Below are positions 7,444-16,547 of a stretch of 51,022 bases of DNA, piece after piece. Position numbers and translations under genes: made by a program. Source of the DNA: Candidatus Thorarchaeota archaeon (GTDB lineage Archaea > Asgardarchaeota > Thorarchaeia > Thorarchaeales > Thorarchaeaceae); assembly GCA_038893995.1 (NCBI GenBank), contig JAWAQK010000012.1, positions 1 through 51,022 of the forward strand, read 5' to 3'. Under the pieces are notes generated by a model. It was given only the letters and a program-made list of their open reading frames with translations, was not told the origin of the DNA and did no database searches. Positions within the stretch are counted from its first letter, which is position 1. Each line of letters begins with the position of its first letter.

Positions 7444-10230
7444 GTGGAGTCTGTGTTCAGTAAACTGCAAACGAGCTCCGACGGACTCTCTACTGCTGAG
7501 GCTACAGCCAGACTTCAGACATATGGCCCGAACGAACTGATCATGGCAAAGCGAGCCGGCCCACTGTACGTATTCCTGTCGCAGTTCAAGAGCCCAATGG
7601 TGATTGTCCTGCTCGCTGCCATTGTCGTGTCTGTACTTGTTTCCATCCTGGCTGGGTCGGAGGAAGACCGGGGACTGGTCGATGCAGCGGTCATAGCCAT
7701 AATAGTCGTCGCGAATGCGGTTCTAGGGTTCATTCAAGAGTATAGATCCGAACGCGCGCTCGAAGCGCTGCGCAAGATGGCCACACCGACGGCCCGAGTC
7801 GTCAGGAATGGTCAGGTGTCTGAGGTAGACTCCAGAGAGCTTGTCCCTGGCGATCTGATAGTGGTTGAGTCGGGTGACAGAATCCCGGCGGATGCCCGTG
7901 TCATCAGGTCCATCGGCTTCACTGTTGATGAGTCGATACTGACAGGTGAGTCGCAGCCTGTCAGCAAGACCGAGTCTCCCATGTCTTCGAGAAATGTCCC
8001 AATCGGTCTACTGAAGAACATGATTTTCCAGAGCACAATGGCGGTTTCAGGAAAGTGTCAGGCCGTAGTCGTGACCACTGGTATGAAGACCGAGTTTGGA
8101 AGGATAGCCCAGAGTGTTCAACAGTTTGAGGAGATCACGACGCCTCTACAAGAGGATCTAGATGAAATGGGAAAGAAACTGGGTGTCGCAGTCATAGTTT
8201 TGGCTGCCATCATACTGTCCGCAGAGGTACTGAGAGACGTTTCAGGCTCTCTAGTCGAGGAGATGATGACAGCCATTGCCCTTGCCGTTTCGGCAATACC
8301 CGAGGGTCTACCAGCGGTCGTCACGATCACACTGGCGATAGGTGTGCAGAGGATGGTTCAGAAGAACGCACTCGTCCGAAGACTCTCGTCCGTCGAAACT
8401 CTCGGCTCTACGACGGTCATATGTTCTGACAAGACAGGGACCATCACAAAGAATGAGATGACTGTGACAGTGGTCTACGCGGATGGAAGAATCATTGACG
8501 TCACAGGTACTGGTTATCAGCAGGATGGAGAGTTCCTGCTAGATGGCAAGAAGATTGACCCTCTCGCCCGTCCGACTCTGAGGCAGCTACTACTAATCGG
8601 TCAACTGTGTAACAATTCAGCCCTCCAGGTTGATCATTCGAAGACAGGAGGCTTCGTCCCTGTCGGAGATCCTACGGAGGCCGCTCTCCTCGTCCTGGCC
8701 GAGAAGGGCGGGCTCCATCGTGGCGAAACGATAGGCAAGTACACAGAGGTGCACGAACTGTCGTTCGACTCTATACGTAAGCGAATGACGTCCATCTTGG
8801 TCACTCCGGCAGGTGAGAGGTATGCCTTCACCAAGGGAGCTCCCGAGTTGCTGCTCCCGCTCTGCGATCGGATGCTCCACGATGGTCGAATGACCGAGAT
8901 GACAAATGAAGTGCGTGATTCCATACTCAGGACCAATGCAGAGCTGGCAAGGAAGGCACTGAGGTTGCTCGCACTTGCGTACAGGCCCCTCGGAGATGAT
9001 GTCTCAGACTACACCCCTGAACATGTGGAGAGGAACATGGTATTTGTGGGGCTTGTAGGAATGATCGATCCCCCCAGGAACGAGGTGCCACAGGCAGTAG
9101 ATCTGTGCAAGAAGGCTGGGATACGTGTCATGATGATGACCGGCGACAACCAGCTCACAGCGGGTGCCATTGCATGCGCGGTCGGTATCAGTGAACATGC
9201 GGATGACGTCATCACTGGAGATCAGCTACAGATGATGGACGCGCAGGAATTCGAGAGGCACGTGACCGAGCGAAATGTGTTTGCAAGGGTCTCCCCTGAG
9301 CATAAGATGAGGGTCGTTTCGCTTCTGAGAAAGCGACAGAACGTCGTTGCGATGACTGGAGATGGCGTCAATGACGCTCCTGCAATAAAGTCTGCAGACA
9401 TTGGAGTGGCCATGGGATTGAGGGGGGCAGATGTGACTAGAGAGGCGTCAGACATTGTGCTTCTGGATGACAACTTCGCTACGATAGTGGCGGCCGTGGA
9501 AAAGGGCAGGGAGATCTATTCGAACATCCGGAAATTTGTCAGATTCCTCCTTTCTGCAAACTTTGACGAGCTCTTCCTGGTCTTTGTAGTCGTCATGATG
9601 GGACTTCCTCTGCCAATTACGGCAGTACAGATACTCTTGCTCAACCTGGCCACTGACGGCTTTCCTGCGCTTGCGCTCGGAGTTGACCCTCCCGAGGAGG
9701 GGCTCATGGAGCGCCCGCCGCGAGATCCTAATACGAAACTGCTAGACCGACAGATGGTCACGTTCATTGTGATTGGGGGAATCGTGGCATTCCTGGCGGG
9801 GTTCATCGTGTTCCTCTACATGATCTGGGCGTACGGAGGATACATCCCGGGACTAGGAGCCCCCTCCATATCCGCTGGGGAGTGGGTCGTCGGCGTGTCG
9901 GATGTAACGGGTGCAAGTTGGTCGGACGTCCTGACACATGCGCGTACGGCCGTGTTTGCGAGTGTGGTCACCTTTGAGCTACTCTTCGTATGGAACTGTA
10001 GGAGTGAAAGAAGACCTGTATGGCGCACCAGCCTCCGTGGCGCTACTCGTCTGGCTATCGCAGTGGTTTCGTCCTTTGTGCTCACGCTTTGTGTCGTGTA
10101 CTTGCCCCCTCTGCATGTCATGTTCCAGACAACTCCGCTCAGCCTTCTGGACTGGGGCGTGATTCTTCTCACGTCCATTCCTGGACTATTCATCCCGCCC
10201 CATATCATATTCAAGGAGAGACAGAGGTAG
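7444..10230 (+). CDS. Cation-transporting P-type ATPase (type IIA, Ca2+-like)
   Basis: TGES, PEGL, ICSDKTGT phosphorylation site, KGAPE, MTGDGVND and LNLATDG motifs. The true start may lie a few codons upstream. Confidence 0.95.
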   Translation: MESVFSKLQTSSDGLSTAEATARLQTYGPNELIMAKRAGPLYVFLSQFKSPMVIVLLAAIVVSVLVSILAGSEEDRGLVDAAVIAIIVVANAVLGFIQEYRSERALEALRKMATPTARVVRNGQVSEVDSRELVPGDLIVVESGDRIPADARVIRSIGFTVDESILTGESQPVSKTESPMSSRNVPIGLLKNMIFQSTMAVSGKCQAVVVTTGMKTEFGRIAQSVQQFEEITTPLQEDLDEMGKKLGVAVIVLAAIILSAEVLRDVSGSLVEEMMTAIALAVSAIPEGLPAVVTITLAIGVQRMVQKNALVRRLSSVETLGSTTVICSDKTGTITKNEMTVTVVYADGRIIDVTGTGYQQDGEFLLDGKKIDPLARPTLRQLLLIGQLCNNSALQVDHSKTGGFVPVGDPTEAALLVLAEKGGLHRGETIGKYTEVHELSFDSIRKRMTSILVTPAGERYAFTKGAPELLLPLCDRMLHDGRMTEMTNEVRDSILRTNAELARKALRLLALAYRPLGDDVSDYTPEHVERNMVFVGLVGMIDPPRNEVPQAVDLCKKAGIRVMMMTGDNQLTAGAIACAVGISEHADDVITGDQLQMMDAQEFERHVTERNVFARVSPEHKMRVVSLLRKRQNVVAMTGDGVNDAPAIKSADIGVAMGLRGADVTREASDIVLLDDNFATIVAAVEKGREIYSNIRKFVRFLLSANFDELFLVFVVVMMGLPLPITAVQILLLNLATDGFPALALGVDPPEEGLMERPPRDPNTKLLDRQMVTFIVIGGIVAFLAGFIVFLYMIWAYGGYIPGLGAPSISAGEWVVGVSDVTGASWSDVLTHARTAVFASVVTFELLFVWNCRSERRPVWRTSLRGATRLAIAVVSSFVLTLCVVYLPPLHVMFQTTPLSLLDWGVILLTSIPGLFIPPHIIFKERQR

Positions 10231-10269
10231 TTTCAAGTTCAGGATGCGGTGTCCTGTCTAGGACCAAAG

Positions 10270-10953
10270 CTATGACAAGAGGATCCTCTCTAGCACGAAA
10301 TATGACAGACAGAGGTTACCCAAGTACACCACCATGACCACATATGCCCAGAAGAGTCTCCGCAAGATGTGTGCGTGTCTGGTCAGGAAGTAGAGTACGT
10401 AGGCTGAGACACCCAGAATGACCTCCGGTAACAGGACATACACAGCCGTGTGACTGATCAGGGTCACGTTCTGGGGATACCAGGAGCCTATCATCCACAT
10501 GGTCTCCTCTGCAAGTCCAAAGACCACCAGTGAGAGAAGAGCGACTGCTCCCACTGCCCTCAGGTGTCCATACTTGTCAAACAGCCGTAGTCCCGTGTAC
10601 GTGATCGCAAATAGCGGGATCGTCCACAGACCGGCCATGTAGACGGGGACAGTCCCAATCATTGGTGACCCATCAACAGGAAAGACCAGAATGCCCAGCT
10701 GTGCCGAGAGAAACCAATCAGGCATGATCATCATGACACTGGCCGGGAAAGTAAATAGCCAGATGCTGAGCCACTCAGGGTTTGACCTCTTGAATGCTGC
10801 CACTGGTAGCAGTACGTTATAGAAACCGGCCAGTCCCAGTAGTTTCCAGCCCGGGGCCGGTCCAGGTATGAGCAGTACCAGCGCTGAAACCAGTGCAAAT
10901 ATGGCGTGTATCTGGACAATGCCCTTTGAACCGGCTTCTAGTCTTAGCTTCAT
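10270..10953 (-). CDS. Conserved-looking integral membrane protein of unknown function
   Basis: About 7 TM segments with motifs PDWFLS...GILVFP and PVYMAGLWTIPLF. ATG 10953 preferred. Confidence 0.7.
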   Translation of the reverse strand: MKLRLEAGSKGIVQIHAIFALVSALVLLIPGPAPGWKLLGLAGFYNVLLPVAAFKRSNPEWLSIWLFTFPASVMMIMPDWFLSAQLGILVFPVDGSPMIGTVPVYMAGLWTIPLFAITYTGLRLFDKYGHLRAVGAVALLSLVVFGLAEETMWMIGSWYPQNVTLISHTAVYVLLPEVILGVSAYVLYFLTRHAHILRRLFWAYVVMVVYLGNLCLSYFVLERILLS

Positions 10954-11199
10954 GAAGGTAATCCTCGGTTGCCGCCGTGAAGAAACATGAATATCATCCT
11001 TTTCCCCTCTCCCAATTGACTGATGAAACAGGGGTTCTTCGATCGTGCTAGAGGTCGGTGCCCCTGATGGGTTCAACGGTGTTTCTCTGCTTTGGCCCAA
11101 GGGTCACAGCTCAATGTGCTAGGGGGTCATAGGGACAGTCGTCGGACTGTTTGATCGGTGTCTCTGATGTATTGAGACGAGAGTTCAGGTCCTATCTGC

Positions 11200-13335
11200 T
11201 CAAGCTGCCTTGCTCCCGGGCGGCACACCATCGAGCTTCACGGGAACCCACTTTCCCGGCTCGTCTGCCCTCTCGACTGCAATGATCATTCCATTGCTCT
11301 CTACGCCGCCAATCTTCTTTGGTTCGAGGTTTGTCAGGAACAGTGCAGTGATTCCCGTCAATTCCTCGGGAGAGTACAGATGTCCAAGTCCGGTCACAAT
11401 CGTCCTGATCTCGCTTCCTATGTCCACTTTGAGTAGGAGAAGACGGTCCGTGCGAGGTATTCTCTCGCAGCTGAGTATCTTTCCCGCTCGGAGGTCCATC
11501 TTCAAGAACTCATCATGGCTGACTCGACGAGAGTCCGTCGTCTTCTTCTCCATTGACTCCTCCTTCTGCTTTTTCATGACCCTTGTTCCCTCTACTTCCT
11601 CGATCGGTCGCTCACCCCGCTGCAACAGTTCTGCATCGCTTATGCGTTTCGCTATCTCATCCTTAAGTCTGGCGATCAGTTTCTCATCTGGCTTGACCAC
11701 CGGAGGCCTGGGGTCACCGATCGCTTCTCCAGGTTTCTTGGGATCAAGTGCCTCCTCCAGGCGGGCGCTGTGCACACTGCTTCCCTCATAGCCGAGTTGC
11801 GACCAGACTCTCTCAGCCATCGCGGGCATCACCGGTTCGGCCAGGATCGCGAGGGCCTTTGTGATGGCCAGTGCATTGTACAGTACGTGAGCAGTCCTAG
11901 TCTTGTCTGTCTTTATCAGATCCCACGGCTGGTTTGTCTGGAAGTAGTTGTTTCCAACAGAAGCAAGTCTTATCAGCTCATCAGCGTACTTCTTCAGCTC
12001 ATACTCGTTTGTTGCTTGTACCACAGCATCGATCGTTTGTTGTATCTCCTTCCTGATCTGAAGGTCTAGTTCTCCCTCAGGTACCTTACCGAAGTACTTC
12101 TTCGTGAAGTACAGCGAGCGATAGATGAAGTTACCTAGTGTCCCCGCCAGCTCCACGTTCACCTTGTCAGAGAACGCATCCCATGAAAAGTCAAGCTCCC
12201 TGGTATGACCAGTCGCGGAGATCATGAAGTAGCGAAGATGGTCAGGATCGAGCCCATTCCGGAGATAGTCATCCTCGACCCATATCACATAGCCTCTGCT
12301 TCGGCTGAACTTATGGCCCTCTATCTTTAGCATTCCTGAGGCAACGATGGCATATGGTAGGTTGTAGTTGCTCCCCTTCAGCATCGACGGCCAGAACAGG
12401 CAGTGGTGGTATACTATGTCCTGCCCGATAAAGTGAACGATCTTGCCATTTCCAGGCCCCCAGAACTTCAACCACTCGTCATTCTTTTGGATCCTCTTCG
12501 CCCATTGCTCGGTGCTAGAGATATAGTGAATTGGAGCATCGACCCACACGTACAGTGTGAGGCTTGGATCCTTGGGGAACTTTATTCCCCACTCGATGTC
12601 CCTCGTGATGCACCAGTCCCTGAGGCCCTCGTTGACCCATCCGAGTGCGTAGTTCCTTGCATTCTTGGTCCCAGCAAGATGCTCGAGGTACTCTTTCAGA
12701 AAGGACTCGAATGCTCTGAGCTTGAAGTAGTAGTGGGTCCTTCTCACCAGTCGCGTGGAGGATCCACAGATCGCACATCGGGGGTTGAGTATCTCTCCAG
12801 GCTCGAGATATTTTCCACACCCCTGGTCACATTCATCTCCTCTGGCATCGCTGTTGCAGTAGGGACATGTCCCCCTCACGAACCTGTCAGGAAGTGACCT
12901 CTGACATTTGTCACAATATGGTGTTTCGAGTTCCCTCGAGTATATATAGCCATTCTTGTCAAGCTCATTGACTATCTGAATCGTCCGCTCTATGTTCTCG
13001 GGATCGTCAGTCGTCCCATAGTTGTCAAAGAAGATATTCAGCTTCGGGAAGATGTCGAGATAGTGTCTATGGTACCTCTGATACAGCTCCTGGGGACTGA
13101 CTCCCTCCTTCTCTGCGGACGCCAGTACTGGCGTGCCATGTGTGTCAGAACCACATACAAAGGTCACATCTGTCCCCATCTTCCTCAGCAGCCTCACGAA
13201 AACATCGGCAGGCACGTACGTCCTGAGATGTCCGACGTGGATTGGTCCACTCGCGTAGGGTAGGCCACAGGTTACAAGCACGGGGTCCCTCGTGGGGAAA
13301 GTCTGCGTCATGCTTTGGTCATTCATGCTCCTCAC
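11200..13335 (-). CDS. metG: Methionyl-tRNA synthetase with C-terminal tRNA-binding OB domain
   Basis: LPYASGPIHVGH (HIGH), Zn-knuckle CxxC motifs, YVWVDAPIHY, KFSRSRG (KMSKS) and a C-terminal Trbp111-like domain (DLRAGKI...ESNGMI). Confidence 0.97.
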   Translation of the reverse strand: MRSMNDQSMTQTFPTRDPVLVTCGLPYASGPIHVGHLRTYVPADVFVRLLRKMGTDVTFVCGSDTHGTPVLASAEKEGVSPQELYQRYHRHYLDIFPKLNIFFDNYGTTDDPENIERTIQIVNELDKNGYIYSRELETPYCDKCQRSLPDRFVRGTCPYCNSDARGDECDQGCGKYLEPGEILNPRCAICGSSTRLVRRTHYYFKLRAFESFLKEYLEHLAGTKNARNYALGWVNEGLRDWCITRDIEWGIKFPKDPSLTLYVWVDAPIHYISSTEQWAKRIQKNDEWLKFWGPGNGKIVHFIGQDIVYHHCLFWPSMLKGSNYNLPYAIVASGMLKIEGHKFSRSRGYVIWVEDDYLRNGLDPDHLRYFMISATGHTRELDFSWDAFSDKVNVELAGTLGNFIYRSLYFTKKYFGKVPEGELDLQIRKEIQQTIDAVVQATNEYELKKYADELIRLASVGNNYFQTNQPWDLIKTDKTRTAHVLYNALAITKALAILAEPVMPAMAERVWSQLGYEGSSVHSARLEEALDPKKPGEAIGDPRPPVVKPDEKLIARLKDEIAKRISDAELLQRGERPIEEVEGTRVMKKQKEESMEKKTTDSRRVSHDEFLKMDLRAGKILSCERIPRTDRLLLLKVDIGSEIRTIVTGLGHLYSPEELTGITALFLTNLEPKKIGGVESNGMIIAVERADEPGKWVPVKLDGVPPGSKAA

Positions 13336-13622
13336 ACTCCCTTCTGTATTCTATTCTGCAAAGGGCTGAGATACTCACAAATAGGCACGAAGAACGAGTT
13401 GCCCTGTACGGGAATTGACGGGTACTTGATCCATCTCTCTTGTTCTCTGTGTTGACTGAAGCCTTCTATCCCGCCTGTAGATTGATTGAGTGGGAGCGTA
13501 TGTAGCGTCGATATAACAATATCGATACATCGAGAGCCCGACCTTGTGCCAATACGCTGGAAACAACTGCATTGCCCCCAGCTTCGAGTCGACCAGTGCA
13601 ATTGGAACACGTGCTCCAAGCG

Positions 13623-14411
13623 TCACAACTCCCGCTCTGCAAGGAACTCTTTCAGGTGTTGATTGAATACGTCAGGTGACTCCAGATTGGGTACATGTCC
13701 AGCCTGCGGTATCACGACCAGCTTGGAGTCGCGAATCTTCTCGCTCATGAATCTAGCATGACGATGTACCGCCCGTCGATCTCTCTCGCCAACAATGATG
13801 AGTGTCGGAATGTCAATTCGATCCAATGGGACCAGCTTGAAGGAGTATATCGCCTCGATCAGCTTGATCACCTCACGCCTGTCCATATCCATCTGCAATC
13901 TCTTCAGATACTCCCGGATGTCTGACCTCACGTCAACATACTTGAGGGACCAGTCTGCGTAGGCCTCCATGGACATTCTCTTGATCATCATCCTGATCAG
14001 CCACGGGGGAGCCATCGCCTTCTGGATCTTTTCTGTCAGGGTGAGGGCTGAAGAGGCTGCGGTATCGACCAGTGCTAGGCCAGACAGTCCACCATACGTC
14101 ACCGCATATTCCTGGGCAATCATGCCTCCGAAGGAGATTCCGCAAAGGACTGGTCTCCTCACGTCGAGACCGTTGAGAAGTGCCTGCAGGTCTCTCGCGT
14201 AGAGTGTACACGTGTATCTCTCGTCTGAGCCGCTGGACTGACCATGACCACGAAGATCGTAGGTCAGGACTCGATGAGTTTCTGAGAAATATGATATCTG
14301 TGGATACCACATGTCATGTGAAGCGCCAGCCCCGTGTATGAACACTAGAGGCGATCCTGTTCCGTCGTCGGTGTAGAATGTCCTGACGCTTCCCGTATCA
14401 ATCAGGGGCAC
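13623..14411 (-). CDS. Alpha/beta hydrolase
   Basis: LVFIHGAG oxyanion motif, YDLRGHGQS, GISFGG nucleophile elbow, GERD acid residue and AGHVP histidine. Confidence 0.92.
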   Translation of the reverse strand: MPLIDTGSVRTFYTDDGTGSPLVFIHGAGASHDMWYPQISYFSETHRVLTYDLRGHGQSSGSDERYTCTLYARDLQALLNGLDVRRPVLCGISFGGMIAQEYAVTYGGLSGLALVDTAASSALTLTEKIQKAMAPPWLIRMMIKRMSMEAYADWSLKYVDVRSDIREYLKRLQMDMDRREVIKLIEAIYSFKLVPLDRIDIPTLIIVGERDRRAVHRHARFMSEKIRDSKLVVIPQAGHVPNLESPDVFNQHLKEFLAEREL

Positions 14412-14445
14412 TGTCAGTCACTGGCGCTTCACTACGCCTGCGCAC

Positions 14446-14452
14446 ATATAAA
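14446..14452 (-). promoter_or_regulatory. Putative TATA box of the alpha/beta hydrolase gene
   Basis: TTTATAT on the minus strand about 35 bp upstream of the start at 14411. Confidence 0.5.
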
Positions 14453-14525
14453 GCGTGATAGAACTGTCCCGCCGCCAACGTCTTTGGCCGAGATCACCAC
14501 GGTTCGACATCAGCCATTCCAGATT

Positions 14526-14678
14526 TCATGAGCTCGAATATAGGTATCTGAGCTTCTCAGCATCGGCGTCTGTGGGTTCCTTGTCGCTCTCTAGAAGACC
14601 ATACAGCACATGCAAGACCTGCGCATTTCTCTGGAGTATTGATGCACGCCGAGTCGAATTCTCATTCTTGTCTACCAT
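14526..14678 (-). CDS. Small hypothetical protein (50 aa), below the ORF-track cutoff
   Basis: MVDKNENSTRRASILQRNAQVLHVLYGLLESDKEPTDADAEKLRYLYSSS; amphipathic helical pattern; preceded by TTTATAAT at 14739-14746 on the minus strand. Confidence 0.5.
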   Translation of the reverse strand: MVDKNENSTRRASILQRNAQVLHVLYGLLESDKEPTDADAEKLRYLYSSS

Positions 14679-15157
14679 TCTCAGAGTCTCCGTACACCAT
14701 ATCCATGATATAACTCACCATAATTTCCTATCGAGACTATTATAAATGTGGGCATAACGCACGTAATATGCCGATATTCTCGTAAGAATATCACCGCCAT
14801 ACCGTCTACAGGGGATAAGATCCGTGCCCTACGCGCCGTTGCACCGGACATCCACCGGCAACGTGAGATGTTCCACACGAAGCGCAGGGGAGAGGGTCAG
14901 ATCTTGTACGTAGATGTTTGCAGCATCGAGTGGAACTCACCATCTTGCAACGACGGGTCTCCAGTAGCATGCCGTAGCATCGTGGTCTTCTCCTCGGTCT
15001 GATGATCTTCAACACCAGGTCTGGATGCCGCAGCAGTGGTCTGCAACAGACTCCAGACGCCGAGTCCTAGGGGACAGAGTGCCAGGACCAGTGTCAGGTT
15101 CATGAGAACAGTAGACTGCCCTATCACGCAAGACAACCGTAGTCAAGGTCCACTCCA

Positions 15158-15988
15158 TCAGGGGCTGCGTGTTTGGATGCCACCATTGATGAGTATCCTG
15201 CCCTGAGCCAGCACATCGTGTTTGTGGATACTCTCAAGGGATACTGCCTCGGCGTAGATGTCTAGTGCAAGGTCCCGGAAAGCGTCCTTCGCATTCTGAA
15301 GGATGCTCCTGCAGACGTCCTCGACGAACACTGGGTTCTCATACATCTGCCTGGTCACGTGAATCTCGTCCTCGAGTTTCAGCAACGAGTATGTGGGGCT
15401 TGAGAACGAACGTTCGATGACGTCGATCATGTCCCCATACTTTGGGATGTTTCTGGTTTCACCAGTCACCTTGAGGATCCCTATTGCCCTCTGCATGTGC
15501 GTTCGTCCCTCATTGTTGGCAAGACAGTGAGGGCAGACGGTGTTTCCTATAACTCTCACTTCTACGGTATGGATCACGGGATGCCCCGTCTGGGACACCG
15601 TGATTGTAGAGATGTCGCACACTTCCCATGTCCTCTTCCTCGAGACAGGTGTGCGCCGAGAGTAGCCGAACTCAAAATCGAATCTTATCTCGCCACGGTC
15701 GAAGGGATGCTTTCTCTGAAGCGCCTCTAGGATATGGATCTGGAGTTCCTCTACTGAGAAATGGACCGAGAACTCATCGCTTATGACCTCAGTGATGGAC
15801 TCCACCAGTCTCGACATGTGGATCCCCTTGAACTCGCCTGGCAGGTCGATCGTCACTTCGACCCTGGGTACCAGATGGTACCTGAGCCCGCCACGCTCTA
15901 GGATGACGAATGTCTTGAGGTTCCTGACGCCTACGCGGTTCAGCTGTATCTGATACCTCGGACGTTCGTTCTGTGTGTCGAAGACCAT
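15158..15988 (-). CDS. folE2: GTP cyclohydrolase IB (FolE2/MptA family)
   Basis: LNRVGV, KGIHMSRLVE, TVCPHC, HMQRA, NPVFVEDVCR and ESIHKHD motifs. Confidence 0.92.
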   Translation of the reverse strand: MVFDTQNERPRYQIQLNRVGVRNLKTFVILERGGLRYHLVPRVEVTIDLPGEFKGIHMSRLVESITEVISDEFSVHFSVEELQIHILEALQRKHPFDRGEIRFDFEFGYSRRTPVSRKRTWEVCDISTITVSQTGHPVIHTVEVRVIGNTVCPHCLANNEGRTHMQRAIGILKVTGETRNIPKYGDMIDVIERSFSSPTYSLLKLEDEIHVTRQMYENPVFVEDVCRSILQNAKDAFRDLALDIYAEAVSLESIHKHDVLAQGRILINGGIQTRSP

Positions 15989-16076
15989 GGTCCTGTCCCC
16001 GGAGGCCTGTGCAGTTTTTCTCGTGACCGGCTCTTGGAACTCCAGTGATATAGGTTGTCATATGTCCGAGGCGCAC

Positions 16077-16547
16077 CTAGTGTTCTTCGGACGCCTGGGT
16101 CAAGAAGCAGCCTCTGGATCCATCGTTCTCGCTGACGCAGACTTCTAGAGAGAGCTCTGGTCTCAGGACTATCTGGCCTGCGATGTATTCCGCAAGGCAT
16201 TCAACAGTCGTGGCTGTCACAGGAAGCAGAACGCAGTCCTCCCGAGGGAATACGTATTGCTTCCCTGCGACCCTCACAATGACACTGTCATTACCGACAT
16301 CAAGTTGTATCAGCTCTGACCTGGTGGGCAGTAGGACTCGGTGATCAAGACCTCTGCAGACCTCACCAACAACTCTCTTCACTAGTCTGAAGTCCTCGAC
16401 CATTCCCTCTGAGTTGAGATCTCCCCTTACTCTGACACTCACGATGTAGTTGTGACCATGAAGCGGTTCAACCTCGGTGTTGGAAACAACAAAGTGGGCT
16501 GAGCTGAATCCCATGGCTGGATGGGTGACATAGATCTCATGGGCCAT
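16077..16547 (-). CDS. 6-pyruvoyl-tetrahydropterin synthase family protein (COG0720), PTPS-III-like active site
   Basis: FSSAHF, EPLHGHNY, LDHRVL, TTVECLA and VSE motifs; ATG 16547 overlaps the ligase 3' end. Confidence 0.88.
   Translation of the reverse strand: MAHEIYVTHPAMGFSSAHFVVSNTEVEPLHGHNYIVSVRVRGDLNSEGMVEDFRLVKRVVGEVCRGLDHRVLLPTRSELIQLDVGNDSVIVRVAGKQYVFPREDCVLLPVTATTVECLAEYIAGQIVLRPELSLEVCVSENDGSRGCFLTQASEEH

Noticed and set aside
13332-13626. Two short minus-strand ORFs (95 and 83 aa) upstream of metG
   Set aside because: They overlap in different frames with no motifs, so neither can be supported.
16077-16547. Assignment of the symbol queD
   Set aside because: The catalytic Cys motif is absent and there are no queC/queE neighbours.
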